64,000 nt of DNA from the NCBI GenBank assembly GCA_002395065.1, contig DGVS01000007.1, forward strand, positions 67,981 to 131,980, in the 5' to 3' direction. The stretch comes from Bacillales bacterium UBA4278 (GTDB lineage: Bacteria; Bacillota_I; Bacilli_A; RFN20; CAG-826). Below are positions 1 to 9,770 of this stretch, piece by piece. The position numbers were made by a program, and so were the translations under genes. The notes beneath the pieces are model-generated. The model saw nothing but the letters and a program-made list of their open reading frames with translations, searched no databases and was not told where the DNA came from. The number at the start of each line of letters is the position of its first letter. Position 1 is the stretch's first letter.

Positions 1-84
1 CTCTCATGGTGATGGGTGATAAAAAAAGAGGCATTGCTTTACTTAAGGCAGATATGTTCTATTCCTTAATGGAGGATCGTTAAG

Positions 85-954
85 ATGGAAGACATTTTAA
101 AAGTCGAACACCTCGATAAAGATTACCCATCATTTTCACTAAAAAATGTCAGTTTTGCGGTGAAACCTGGACAAATCATGGGTTTTATTGGTCGTAATGG
201 TGCTGGTAAAACAACAACACTAAAAAGCATTATGAATCTCGTTCATTACCAAAACGGAAAGATAACTGCTTTTGGTAAAGATATGATGGAAAACGAACTT
301 GAAAACAAACAACGTATAGGGTTTGCATTAAGCGAACTGAATTACTATCCAAACAAGACCATCCGTCAAATCATGAAGGTTACTAAAAAATTCTATAAGA
401 ACTTCGATGAAAAGAAATTTCTAGAAATATCTAAACTTTTTGATTTAAATTTGGATAAGAAACTGGAAGAACTGAGCAGTGGCATGAAAGTTAAATATTC
501 GGTTGCTGTAGCGTTATCTCATAAAGCAGAGCTATTAATTCTTGATGAGCCAACTTCAGGTTTAGACCCAGTTTCTAGAGATGAAGTGTTAGACATCTTC
601 CGCGAGATTGTTAAAAACGGAGATCGCGCAATTCTTTTCTCAACTCATATCACCAGTGACTTAGATAAATGCGCTACCGGAATTACATACATTCACGATG
701 GCTCAATTATTTATACAGGCACTAAGGAAGATTTCGTCAAATCATATCTCTTTGTCAAAGACAAAACAAAAAACAAAAAACTCAAAAACGAATACATATC
801 CTCAAAAGAATTAGAAGATCATATCGAGGGATTAATTGATGCAACTAAAAAAGATGTATTTGAAAAAGCAGGTATTGAACCAGTTGAACCTGATCTAGAA
901 CAAATCATGATCTATTTAGAAAGGAGCAAGAGCAATGAAAGCTTTACTTTATAA
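85..954 (+). CDS. ABC transporter ATP-binding protein (ABC-2 type)
   Basis: Walker A GRNGAGKTT, ABC signature LSSGMKVK, Walker B LLILDEPTSGLD; overlaps the downstream permease ORF. Confidence 0.85.
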   Translation: MEDILKVEHLDKDYPSFSLKNVSFAVKPGQIMGFIGRNGAGKTTTLKSIMNLVHYQNGKITAFGKDMMENELENKQRIGFALSELNYYPNKTIRQIMKVTKKFYKNFDEKKFLEISKLFDLNLDKKLEELSSGMKVKYSVAVALSHKAELLILDEPTSGLDPVSRDEVLDIFREIVKNGDRAILFSTHITSDLDKCATGITYIHDGSIIYTGTKEDFVKSYLFVKDKTKNKKLKNEYISSKELEDHIEGLIDATKKDVFEKAGIEPVEPDLEQIMIYLERSKSNESFTL

Positions 955-1618
955 AGAATTTAAATTAGCAATGCATCCAATCTGCTATGTGTTCATTTTC
1001 GCGTTTCCGCTCATGATTTTAATTCCAAGCTTTCCTTTAGCAATTGGATTCATTTATGTTTTAACTTGTTACCCAATCCTTTTCTTAGGAGCCAACAAAG
1101 GTCAACAAAGTAACGACTTATTATTTTCAACGTTACTGCCAGTACGCAAGAAAGATATTGTTCTTGCTCGAATAATTACTGTTGGAATACTCCAGGTTGT
1201 CTTTATTGCTATGCAATGTGTTCTTTATCCATTAGCTTTAAAGTTGAACGCTGAAATGCCAATAGACACAGCAGGAAAAATTCCTGGCATTGGTTTAGAT
1301 GGATTTGTATCAGTATTGGCGATTGCTATTATTGGTTATGCGATAGCTGATCTTGTTTTCTTCCCAATTTATTATCGAAGAGGCAAATCAATTGTTGCTT
1401 CAACATTATTTATGATTCTTGGTTTTGTTTTATATTTAGGAATCTTCACTATTGCTATTCCTTATATTCCAGGATGCGAATGGTACTTGAATTTCCTTTC
1501 CAAGAGCGGTGTTGGAGTTCAGTTTATTGTTCTTGCTGTTGCTTTAATAATTTACGCCGCACTTCACTTGTTGGTATATCGCATATCTTATAAGGAACTA
1601 GAAAAAGTTGATTTCTAA
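935..1618 (+). CDS. ABC-2 family transporter permease (multi-TM membrane protein)
   Basis: Hydrophobic six-TM-like profile; translationally coupled to the upstream ATPase. Confidence 0.6.
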   Translation: MKALLYKEFKLAMHPICYVFIFAFPLMILIPSFPLAIGFIYVLTCYPILFLGANKGQQSNDLLFSTLLPVRKKDIVLARIITVGILQVVFIAMQCVLYPLALKLNAEMPIDTAGKIPGIGLDGFVSVLAIAIIGYAIADLVFFPIYYRRGKSIVASTLFMILGFVLYLGIFTIAIPYIPGCEWYLNFLSKSGVGVQFIVLAVALIIYAALHLLVYRISYKELEKVDF

Positions 1619-1631
1619 AAAACGAATGAAG

Positions 1632-1662
1632 AAAAAATCTCCGAATTGCTGGAGATTTTTTC
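1632..1662 (+). terminator. Rho-independent terminator (AAAAAATCTCC-loop-GGAGATTTTTT)
   Basis: Inverted repeat followed by a T-run; loop carries the GAATTGCTGG motif. Confidence 0.6.
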
Positions 1663-1725
1663 ATTTCTTAACGTTTATTGAGGACTGGCTAGAAGGCATC
1701 TTCTCCGTAATCAATTTCGTTGAGT

Positions 1726-2550
1726 TTATTTTGATCCATCGTTTTTCTTCTTTGCCTTTTTAGTTAATATTTTTTTAATCACCCAAGTTTGAAATCTATC
1801 TGGTAAAAAATTGAGCACCTTTAATAAGAAGTTTCGATTAATTTTGTAAACAAACTTGTTTTTCTTTTTTGAAAGAATTTTTCCAAATAGTTTAGCCAGT
1901 TTTTCTGGTGGAATCTTCTTTGATTCAACAGAATTGACAATCTCATCAAATTTTGTGGCATGTTCTTTAAAAATAACCGTGTTTTGCTTAAAATCCTGGA
2001 GTTTTACAAGGGAAATATTTAGTAAACCAGTATCAATTGCGCCTGGTCGAACAACAACAACTTGGTGTCCAAGAAGCTGTAATTCCATTCTTAATGAATA
2101 AGCATATTTGTCTAAGGCTGCTTTGGTGATCCCATAGATTCCAGTAAATGGAAGAGGATCAATGGTCGCGAGCTCGCTTGTTGTTATGACAACTTTTCCT
2201 TTTTTATCTAATAAAGGAACAAAACATTTATTAATTCGATAAACACCAAAAAGATTAATATCGTAACTACGAATAAAATCTTCTTCACTCATTTCAATCA
2301 GAGAATTTAAATCATAAATTCCGGCTAAATGGATAATCGCGTCAAATTTGACGCCAATTTGTTTGATTTGGTTAAAGGCATACTCAATCGACTTTGAGTC
2401 ACGGATATTAACTTGATAATAATGAAAGTGTTCTAGTGGCGATGGTTCCTTAATATCAAAACCATAGACTTCATAGCCTTGAGAAATCAATTGCTTAGCA
2501 GTGGCAAAACCAATACCGCCTGAAGCACCAGTAATTAAAACTGCTTTCAT
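1726..2550 (-). CDS. Short-chain dehydrogenase/reductase (SDR) family oxidoreductase
   Basis: N-terminal TGASGGIGFATAKQL Rossmann motif; catalytic Y/K region typical of SDRs. Confidence 0.85.
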   Translation of the reverse strand: MKAVLITGASGGIGFATAKQLISQGYEVYGFDIKEPSPLEHFHYYQVNIRDSKSIEYAFNQIKQIGVKFDAIIHLAGIYDLNSLIEMSEEDFIRSYDINLFGVYRINKCFVPLLDKKGKVVITTSELATIDPLPFTGIYGITKAALDKYAYSLRMELQLLGHQVVVVRPGAIDTGLLNISLVKLQDFKQNTVIFKEHATKFDEIVNSVESKKIPPEKLAKLFGKILSKKKNKFVYKINRNFLLKVLNFLPDRFQTWVIKKILTKKAKKKNDGSK

Positions 2551-2585
2551 ATATTAGAAATATAGCACATTTGCCAAGAATATTT

Positions 2586-3773
2586 TTATTTTTTCTCGTG
2601 GACAAACTTAACAAATGTCTTCATATCTTTTTCGTTTGTAAAAACCGCAAAATAATATTCATCACCCATCGCAGCTCTAAAAGCATCTGGATAAGAGTCA
2701 TGTTCAACGATGTGCTCTCCAAATAATTGTTCGATCTCGTGGTTAGAATGTTGATAATTAAATTCTTTCTTTCTATTGACGCTTACTGCAATTCGGTTAC
2801 TTTCATAAACTGGACAAACTTTGTTTCCCACAATTACATCAGCATACGTTTTGTAATAAGAAATATTAGTGGTGAGATTAAGCAAATCTGATGTATTACC
2901 ACCTGGTGAACGTAGATTTGCTTCTAATGCGACAATATCACCTTTTTTGCCTAATCCTTGCTTATCCTTTGTCAAAACAAAGAACTCGATATGGAAACAA
3001 CGTTGTTGCAGTTTAAACGCCTTGACAACTTTGCAGCCCATATTAAAAAAATCATGATTCATCTTTGTTTTAGCATAGTAATAGACATCCTTATTTTTAG
3101 ATACGATTTCGGCAATTGGTGTTGGGAATGTCTCATTAAAACACATCGCCACTTTCGATTTTGCGTCAGTGATTCCATCAAACGAGGTGATATAACCATC
3201 AAGGTATTCCTCCATGATGTATGGTTCACGAAGTTCTAATTCGTGGAACTTTTTTAGTTCCTCGATATTCTTAATTTTAAATGTATGACTTGCGCCAACA
3301 CCCGCATCAGGTTTAGCGAACACCGGAAAACCAACTTCTTTAGTAAATTCAATTGATTTCTTCAAAGAAGAAACAATGATATAACGAGCAGTCTTTACAC
3401 CGGCTCGTTTAAAGAACTTCTTCATTGTTGATTTCTTTTGGCGTACTTCTAAATCAGACGGCCTCATTCCATTAGGAACGTTAAACCATTCACGATATGT
3501 CGCATCATTTTTGAGCCAATATTCGTTATTTGATTCAATAAAATCTATTTGTCCATACTTACTTAGTAAGTAACTAATCGTGTTAATCATCCAATCAACA
3601 CGATTCATATCACTGACAAAGCAATATTCAGTTAAAGAACTTTTTAATTCATCCGATAAACTTTCAAATGGTTGATCACCAATGCCTAAAACACGGACAC
3701 CAGCTTTTTTGAGTTCACTAGCGAAGTGTTCGTATGTTTTCGGGAAGTTTGGAGAGATAAAGATATAGTTCAT
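2586..3773 (-). CDS. ATP-grasp domain protein, substrate unknown
   Basis: Central region with PVFAKPDAGVGASHTFKI and EEYLDG resembles the ATP-grasp fold (D-Ala ligase/carbamoyl-phosphate synthase-like). Confidence 0.65.
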   Translation of the reverse strand: MNYIFISPNFPKTYEHFASELKKAGVRVLGIGDQPFESLSDELKSSLTEYCFVSDMNRVDWMINTISYLLSKYGQIDFIESNNEYWLKNDATYREWFNVPNGMRPSDLEVRQKKSTMKKFFKRAGVKTARYIIVSSLKKSIEFTKEVGFPVFAKPDAGVGASHTFKIKNIEELKKFHELELREPYIMEEYLDGYITSFDGITDAKSKVAMCFNETFPTPIAEIVSKNKDVYYYAKTKMNHDFFNMGCKVVKAFKLQQRCFHIEFFVLTKDKQGLGKKGDIVALEANLRSPGGNTSDLLNLTTNISYYKTYADVIVGNKVCPVYESNRIAVSVNRKKEFNYQHSNHEIEQLFGEHIVEHDSYPDAFRAAMGDEYYFAVFTNEKDMKTFVKFVHEKK

Positions 3774-3878
3774 AATCGGAGTGTTATTTTATACCTCTTT
3801 CTAAAAAAAGAAAGAACTTTCTAATTTTTCTTAATATTACAAGTTTGTTTTGGTAAAATACTTGCGAGGTAAATAACT

Positions 3879-4709
3879 ATGTCTCGTGCTGATCAAATTT
3901 TTGTCGAAAACATGAAGGATATTTTAGAAAATGGTTTCTGGGATACAGACCTTCCAGTTCGCCCACATTGGGAAGATGGAACTCCAGCCCACACCGTCAA
4001 AAAATTCTGCATTGTTAATCGCTATAATCTTCAAGAAGAATTACCAATTCTCACGATTCGTCGTACAGCATTTAAATCATGCCTAGATGAACTACTTTGG
4101 ATTTGGCAAAAGAAATCCAACAATATTCATGATTTAAACTCCCACATCTGGGATAGCTGGGCTGATGAAAATGGTTCAATTGGTAAAGCCTATGGCTACC
4201 AACTTGCTAAAAAAAGCATTTATCCAGAAGGCGAATTCGACCAAGTTGATCGCGTTCTTTATGATTTAAAACATAACCCACAATCACGTCGAATCATGAC
4301 TAATATTTATAACTTTGAAGACCTTCATGAAATGGGGCTTTATCCATGCGCTTATTCGATGACTTTCAATGTTAGTGGTGATACTTTGAATGGTATTCTC
4401 AATCAAAGAAGTAATGATATGCTTACCGCAAATAACTGGAACGTGCTGCAATATTCACTTCTTTTAATGATGTTTGCCCAAGTTTCTGGTTTAAAACCAG
4501 GAACACTTGTTCATGTCATTGCTGACGCTCACATCTATGACCGTCACGTTGATATCGTGAAAGAAATTATCAAAAAACCACAACATCCAGCTCCAAAACT
4601 AATAATGGATAAATCGATTAAGAACTTCTACGACTTCACAGTGGATAGTTTTAAACTCGTTGATTACGAGTATGAAAAACTCGATAAAAAGATTCCAGTC
4701 GCAATCTAA
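3879..4709 (+). CDS. thyA: Thymidylate synthase (ThyA, B. subtilis ThyA / phage phi3T-like type)
   Basis: Strong recalled similarity to B. subtilis ThyA (DGTPAHT, LWIWQKKSNNIHDL, PCAYSMTFNV); RBS-spaced ATG. Confidence 0.9.
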   Translation: MSRADQIFVENMKDILENGFWDTDLPVRPHWEDGTPAHTVKKFCIVNRYNLQEELPILTIRRTAFKSCLDELLWIWQKKSNNIHDLNSHIWDSWADENGSIGKAYGYQLAKKSIYPEGEFDQVDRVLYDLKHNPQSRRIMTNIYNFEDLHEMGLYPCAYSMTFNVSGDTLNGILNQRSNDMLTANNWNVLQYSLLLMMFAQVSGLKPGTLVHVIADAHIYDRHVDIVKEIIKKPQHPAPKLIMDKSIKNFYDFTVDSFKLVDYEYEKLDKKIPVAI

Positions 4710-4717
4710 TTAAATCT

Positions 4718-5227
4718 ATGATTTACTTTATTCTTTGTGTCGATAAAAAGTTTGGGATCGGAAAGAAAAACGATCTCCTCTTTCATCTACCAAAAGATAT
4801 GGCTTTCTTCCGGGAGAAGACCAAAGGTCACGCTGTGGCGATGGGTGAAAACACCTTACTCTCATTCCCTGGTCAAAAACCTCTTCCAAAGAGAACAAAT
4901 ATTGTTCTAAGTCAAGACAAGAGTCACAATTATGAAGGTGTGATAAATGTCCATGACTTCCAAGAATTCCTTCGTTTAGTTAAGGAACACTCTAAAGAAG
5001 ACGTGTTCGTGATTGGAGGGGCTTCGATTTATCACCAAACTCTTCCTTATGTCGACGGTGTCTACTTAACCAAAGTTGACGCCGATGGTGGAGCAGAGCT
5101 TTTCTTCGATAATATCGATGAAATCGGAACATTTGAGTGTGTTTCTAGCTCAGAACCTCTTGATGATAACGGATACAAAATCCGTTTCTGTTATTATAAA
5201 AACAACGCTAAAATAGACATTGAATAA
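4718..5227 (+). CDS. folA: Dihydrofolate reductase
   Basis: MIYFILCVDKKFGIGKKNDLLFHLPKDMAFFREKT N-terminus typical of DHFR; directly downstream of thyA. Confidence 0.85.
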   Translation: MIYFILCVDKKFGIGKKNDLLFHLPKDMAFFREKTKGHAVAMGENTLLSFPGQKPLPKRTNIVLSQDKSHNYEGVINVHDFQEFLRLVKEHSKEDVFVIGGASIYHQTLPYVDGVYLTKVDADGGAELFFDNIDEIGTFECVSSSEPLDDNGYKIRFCYYKNNAKIDIE

Positions 5228-5266
5228 AGACAAGTAAAATTGATAAAAGACTTGTCTTTTTCTTTT
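5228..5266 (+). terminator. Rho-independent terminator after folA
   Basis: GACAAGT...ACTTGTC hairpin followed by a T-run. Confidence 0.6.
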
Positions 5267-5317
5267 ACTTGTATAATATAATGACCTTATGCGTCCCTTT
5301 ATAAAGGAGATTCATTT

Positions 5318-5749
5318 ATGAAAAAACCAACCGGTATTAGTTTAAAAAATAAAACTCTCGTCATTGGTTGTGGCCAACTTGGTGCAACAATCGCGAATAA
5401 ATTTTCAAAAGAAGGTAAGAACATTTTAATTGTTGACGAATCGGAAAAATCATTCGAAAGACTTAGCGAAGACTTTTCTGGTTACACAATTGTTGGAGAA
5501 TGTACCGACCTAGAAGTTCTTGAACAAGCCTATATTAAATCCTCTAAGGAAGTCGTTGTCGTCACCGGTGATGACTCGATTAATGTTTTAGTCGCTACAA
5601 TTGCGAAAAAACTTTATAACGTTCCAAACGTCTATGTTCGTCTCTCTGACCCAGATAACGAAATCCTTTTAAAAGGATTAGGCGTGAAAGTTATCTTCCC
5701 ACTCGAACTTTCCTTCGATAAATTTAACTTAATGAGAGGAGGTAAATAA
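5318..5749 (+). CDS. RCK/TrkA-N domain protein (NAD-binding, K+ transport regulatory subunit)
   Basis: IGCGQLGATIANKF GxGxxG Rossmann motif; TrkA-N only, no C-domain. Confidence 0.7.
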   Translation: MKKPTGISLKNKTLVIGCGQLGATIANKFSKEGKNILIVDESEKSFERLSEDFSGYTIVGECTDLEVLEQAYIKSSKEVVVVTGDDSINVLVATIAKKLYNVPNVYVRLSDPDNEILLKGLGVKVIFPLELSFDKFNLMRGGK

Positions 5750-5751
5750 TT

Positions 5752-6417
5752 ATGAAGATCGTTATTGCTAACGGAAACCATGCTGCTGACTATGTCATTG
5801 GCATCTATAAGAATCATAAGAAACACCAAATTATTCTCATTAATGATAATAAAGATAGTGTTAAATACCTCTCTGATAAGAACAATATTCCAGTTCTTTA
5901 TGGACATCCTCATAAAAAGGAAGTCCTTGAACAAGCTAAAATTAGAGACTGCGATATCTTTATGGCATTAGGCTATAAAGATGCCGATAACTTTGTTGCT
6001 TGCTTATTAGCTAAGAAAGCATTTGGAGCACGTAAAACAATTTGTACGGTCTCCAACCCAAAAAACGTTACTCTCTTTAGAGACCTTGGCATTGATTCAG
6101 TTATTTCATCAACAGCTCTTCTTGCTGACTCTTTAATTGCTGAATCTTCCTTAGAAGACTTCATCAAACAAGTTTCTATCGAAGATAACTCCATTGTCAT
6201 GGTTGAAATTGTTGTGAAAGACACATACCACATTTCAAGACGTCGTATTATGGATATTGATTTTCCAAAAACCGGAACAATTTCCTGTATTTACCGTAAA
6301 CCTCACGCCATTATTCCTAATGGTCAAACAGTTATCCTTCCAAAGGATAAACTTGTTATCGTGACAACCCCTGAAGAAAAGGATGCCATTATTAAATTCG
6401 TCCAAACCGCTGAATAA
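5752..6417 (+). CDS. TrkA/KtrA-like K+ transport regulatory protein (degenerate N-domain + TrkA-C domain)
   Basis: RCK architecture with C-terminal TrkA-C-like segment; N-terminal glycine motif degenerate (IANGNHAA). Confidence 0.65.
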   Translation: MKIVIANGNHAADYVIGIYKNHKKHQIILINDNKDSVKYLSDKNNIPVLYGHPHKKEVLEQAKIRDCDIFMALGYKDADNFVACLLAKKAFGARKTICTVSNPKNVTLFRDLGIDSVISSTALLADSLIAESSLEDFIKQVSIEDNSIVMVEIVVKDTYHISRRRIMDIDFPKTGTISCIYRKPHAIIPNGQTVILPKDKLVIVTTPEEKDAIIKFVQTAE

Positions 6418-6419
6418 AA

Positions 6420-7916
6420 ATGAAAAAAGTTGCTAGTGGATATCGATTAGTTTTTGGATACTTAGGGATTTTCCTAGTTTTCATTTCGATCATTACCTTC
6501 TTACCTTTGGTAATGCTAATTTTCTATCCAAATGAAAGTGGAGTGTGGTGGCATTTTACTGTTCCTGGTGGAGCAAGTTTAATCTTCGGATTACTCCTAT
6601 ACTTTTTATTGTTGTTTAGAAAAGATCGTGCTCGATTAGGAAAACACCAAGACCAAGTTATCTTGGTTTCGCTATGGATTTTAGCAATTTTAATTTGCTC
6701 TTTACCATTTGTTTTTAGTGGTAAAATGACCTTCACTGAAGCAGTGTTTGAAACAACTAGTGGCTTTGCCACAATTGGTTTAACTCGTTTCACCATGTGG
6801 GATAGCCACGTCTTCATCTTCTATCGAAGCTTACTCCTCTTCTTTGGTGGAGTTGGTTTGGTCTTAATTATTACATCCGCGTTAAGTGATCGTTATGGAT
6901 TACGCTTATACATCGCGGAAGGTCATAACGATAAGTTAATGCCAAACCTGACAAAGTCAGCTCGACTTATTTTAGGCATCTATATTCTTTACATTTTCTT
7001 AGGAACAGTTGCTTTCATTATCTCTGGAATGAGCGCCTTTGATGCGATTAACCATTCGATTGCCGCGATTGCAACAGGTGGATTCTCCTCTCTTCCAGGT
7101 GGATTAATGGCTGCCGGTGGAAACCAAACAGCAAACCAAATCATTTGCTCAGTCTTAATGCTTCTTGGTGGAACAAACTTCCTCATTCACCTATTCCTTA
7201 TTACTGGTAAATTCAAACGAGTTTTCAAGGATCTTGAAATCCGTTTCTTTGGTGTTTTATCTTGCATCATGATTCCTCTATTTGTCGTGTCATTCCTTGT
7301 TGGTCCAAGTGGATTTAGTTTCGGTGAGTCACTTAGCTATGGTGTCTTTACTTATATTTCCGCGATTACAACATCCGGATTTACAAATGTTCCTGCAACT
7401 TACGCATTTGGCGCAACTTCAACAGTTGGTACAACATTCTTAGTTATTATGATGTGTATTATCGGTGGTGGAATGGGTTCCACAGCTGGTGGTGCAAAAC
7501 AATATCGAGTTGCTCTAGCATTTAAAGCTTTCCATTGGAATTTACGTGAAAGAAGCGCATCAAAGAACATGTTTTATCCGAAACGCGTTTATCGTTGTGG
7601 ACAATCTCGTATTGTTGAACAAGGCGAGATTAGTGAAGCTTATGGCTATATCTTACTTTATATCGTGACGTTATTTACTGGAACATTTCTTGTCATGGTT
7701 TTTGGTGGTGGACATTTCTCCTTTGGAGAATGTGCCTTCGAATTTGCTAACGCCTTATCATCCACAGGCATGTCTTGTGGTTTAACTACGCAAGCCAATA
7801 ATGCCATGCTTTGGACAATGACCTTAGGTATGTTTGCCGGACGTCTTGAAATTATCCCAATTTACTACATGTTCTATCGAATTGGACATGATATCTTTAG
7901 AAAGGAGATTGATTAA
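6420..7916 (+). CDS. TrkH/KtrB family potassium uptake membrane protein
   Basis: About 10 TM segments with repeated GG-containing selectivity-filter-like loops (TGGFSS, GGTNF, TSGFTN); adjacent to the RCK genes. Confidence 0.85.
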   Translation: MKKVASGYRLVFGYLGIFLVFISIITFLPLVMLIFYPNESGVWWHFTVPGGASLIFGLLLYFLLLFRKDRARLGKHQDQVILVSLWILAILICSLPFVFSGKMTFTEAVFETTSGFATIGLTRFTMWDSHVFIFYRSLLLFFGGVGLVLIITSALSDRYGLRLYIAEGHNDKLMPNLTKSARLILGIYILYIFLGTVAFIISGMSAFDAINHSIAAIATGGFSSLPGGLMAAGGNQTANQIICSVLMLLGGTNFLIHLFLITGKFKRVFKDLEIRFFGVLSCIMIPLFVVSFLVGPSGFSFGESLSYGVFTYISAITTSGFTNVPATYAFGATSTVGTTFLVIMMCIIGGGMGSTAGGAKQYRVALAFKAFHWNLRERSASKNMFYPKRVYRCGQSRIVEQGEISEAYGYILLYIVTLFTGTFLVMVFGGGHFSFGECAFEFANALSSTGMSCGLTTQANNAMLWTMTLGMFAGRLEIIPIYYMFYRIGHDIFRKEID

Positions 7917-7918
7917 CT

Positions 7919-8341
7919 ATGTTAATTAATGAACTTGAACAAGTTAATATCGCCGCTTTAAAAGCCCATGACCAAGTCACTCGTGCTGTTTTAAGCGTCG
8001 TTATCAATCGTTACCGTATGAACGCGATTGAACTTAAATCGCAAGGCAAAGAAGCAACTGATGCTGATTTAATCAAAATTATTTCCAAAGTCATCAAAGA
8101 ACTTGACGAAGAAAAAGAAGGAAACATCAAGACTGGTCGAGTCGAAGCTGCTCAAGCAATCGACAAGCAAAAAACCGTCATTGAAAAGTATCTTCCAAAG
8201 ATGATGAGCGAAGACGAAATTCGTGCTGTCATTGCTAAACTTGAAGATAAATCAATCCCATCTGTGATGAAGCATTTCAAGGCCAATTATGATGGCCAAG
8301 CCGATATGGCTCTTGTGAGCAAAATTGCTCGTGGACAATAA
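7919..8341 (+). CDS. GatB/YqeY domain protein
   Basis: 140 aa; N-terminal ALKAHDQVTRAVL and EEKEGNIKTGRVE regions typical of the YqeY family. Confidence 0.75.
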   Translation: MLINELEQVNIAALKAHDQVTRAVLSVVINRYRMNAIELKSQGKEATDADLIKIISKVIKELDEEKEGNIKTGRVEAAQAIDKQKTVIEKYLPKMMSEDEIRAVIAKLEDKSIPSVMKHFKANYDGQADMALVSKIARGQ

Positions 8342-8357
8342 AAAGCAAAAACAGAAA

Positions 8358-8386
8358 GTTAACCGAGAATTGCTGGTTAATTTTTT
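8358..8386 (+). terminator. Terminator hairpin GTTAACC-loop-GGTTAAC + T-run; carries the dispersed 19-mer TTAACCGAGAATTGCTGGT
   Basis: Perfect 7-bp inverted repeat followed by TTTTTTG. Confidence 0.65.
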
Positions 8387-8416
8387 GTAAAAGTACCGCA
8401 AAACCCCAATATTTCT

Positions 8417-9481
8417 ATGAATAAAAAATCACGGTCAATTCTAGTAATTTCTCTAACATCGGTTGTTAGTTTAGCACTTGGTGTTTTTGGTTATATTTAT
8501 TTCTCTTTCCTCCATCATTACAAAGGTAAAACTGTTGTATGTGAATGGAATGAAACAGACACTTTTGACATTAACTCATTACCAACTGTTGAAGTGAAAA
8601 AAGGGCAAGATTTCAAGATCTTAAACTTTGCTGATATTCAACTTAGTGACACGGAAAATATGTTCAATATGAACCGCATCCACAAGGAAATGTCATACTT
8701 AGTTAAACAAACGAAACCAGATTTAATCACTTTAACCGGTGATCAAACATGGTTTAATGAAAACCGCACTTCGTTGCTTAGTGTCATCAACTGGTTGGAT
8801 AGCTTTAAAATTCCATACGCTCCAATTTTTGGAAACCATGATTTTGGAAATCCAGGTCATACAGCGGTGGCGACACCAAATTACTGCTGTGAGAAGTATG
8901 AGGATGGAAAATACTCTTTATTTAGAAGAGGCCCAACCAACATCGATTCATTAGGTAACTATGTTGTGCGTGTCGTTAAGGATAACCGAACATTTTCCTT
9001 ACTTTACATGGTTGACTCCGGGGTAAATGATCGAATCAACGATAAACAAATCTCCTATTTCAATTGGATTGCTCAAGGTGTTAAAGAACATGATGGAGAT
9101 TTCCCAAAGAAAAGCTATGCTTTCATGCATAAACCTCTTCCAGAATACATTGATGCTTATAAAGCCCATGAAAAAGGCTATCCATACACTGAAACACGTG
9201 GAGAAATGTATAACTATTATTACTTGGGAGGCAGTGAACAAAATGGATTCTTTAGCTTTGCTAAGTCAATTGGAATATCCGATATCGTTGCTGGACATCA
9301 ACATGGAAATTGTTTCTCTATTCGCTACCAAAATGTTTGGTTAACTTCCGCACTTAAAACCGGGGAATTTGGTGGATTTATTGATAAAGATGGTGTCTAT
9401 TTAAATGGAGCATCCTTATTTACATATAATGGCTTTGAATCTTCTTTAAAAAATATTTTCGTTACGAAAGGAAAATTCTAG
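8417..9481 (+). CDS. Membrane-anchored metallophosphoesterase (calcineurin-like)
   Basis: N-terminal TM; GDQ, GNHD, GHQH metallophosphatase motifs. Confidence 0.7.
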   Translation: MNKKSRSILVISLTSVVSLALGVFGYIYFSFLHHYKGKTVVCEWNETDTFDINSLPTVEVKKGQDFKILNFADIQLSDTENMFNMNRIHKEMSYLVKQTKPDLITLTGDQTWFNENRTSLLSVINWLDSFKIPYAPIFGNHDFGNPGHTAVATPNYCCEKYEDGKYSLFRRGPTNIDSLGNYVVRVVKDNRTFSLLYMVDSGVNDRINDKQISYFNWIAQGVKEHDGDFPKKSYAFMHKPLPEYIDAYKAHEKGYPYTETRGEMYNYYYLGGSEQNGFFSFAKSIGISDIVAGHQHGNCFSIRYQNVWLTSALKTGEFGGFIDKDGVYLNGASLFTYNGFESSLKNIFVTKGKF

Positions 9482-9537
9482 TTCAAGAAATATTTATTGA
9501 GATTGATAGATTTAATATCTATAATATTTTTCGCACC

Positions 9538-9611
9538 GGGGGTGTCGTACAATGGTAGTACAACGGTCTCCAAAACCGCTAATAAGGGTTCGATTCCTTT
9601 CACCCCCGCCC
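9538..9611 (+). tRNA. tRNA-Trp (anticodon CCA)
   Basis: 7-bp acceptor GGGGGTG/CACCCCC, D-stem GTAC/GTAC, anticodon loop CTCCAAA, T-loop TTCGATT. Confidence 0.85.
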
Positions 9612-9616
9612 AAAAT

Positions 9617-9650
9617 TAAACAGATTCTTAATGGAATCTGTTTTATTTTT
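9617..9650 (+). terminator. Terminator after tRNA-Trp
   Basis: AACAGATTC-loop-GAATCTGTT hairpin followed by TTTATTTTT. Confidence 0.6.
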
Positions 9651-9770
9651 CAATAAATTCATTTGTAATTTGTGCAGCAACTTGCTGCTGAATTTCATTT
9701 TATCTAGACTATTTAAACAGATATTAATAAAATATTAATAGAAAAGAAATATTAAATATAAGAGTAAGTT

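Noticed and set aside
1856-2101. 81-aa ORF antisense to the SDR gene; similar short antisense ORFs at 2869-3239, 5632-6233, 6524-7186, 8739-9344 and 10065-10475
   Set aside because: Embedded opposite well-supported genes, with no RBS and AT-rich low-complexity translations
5228-5317. Possible c-di-AMP (ydaO-type) riboswitch upstream of the K+ uptake genes
   Set aside because: Intergenic space is only about 90 nt and mostly occupied by the folA terminator and a -10 box; too short for the about 130-nt riboswitch and no conserved ACGG/CCGT cores seen
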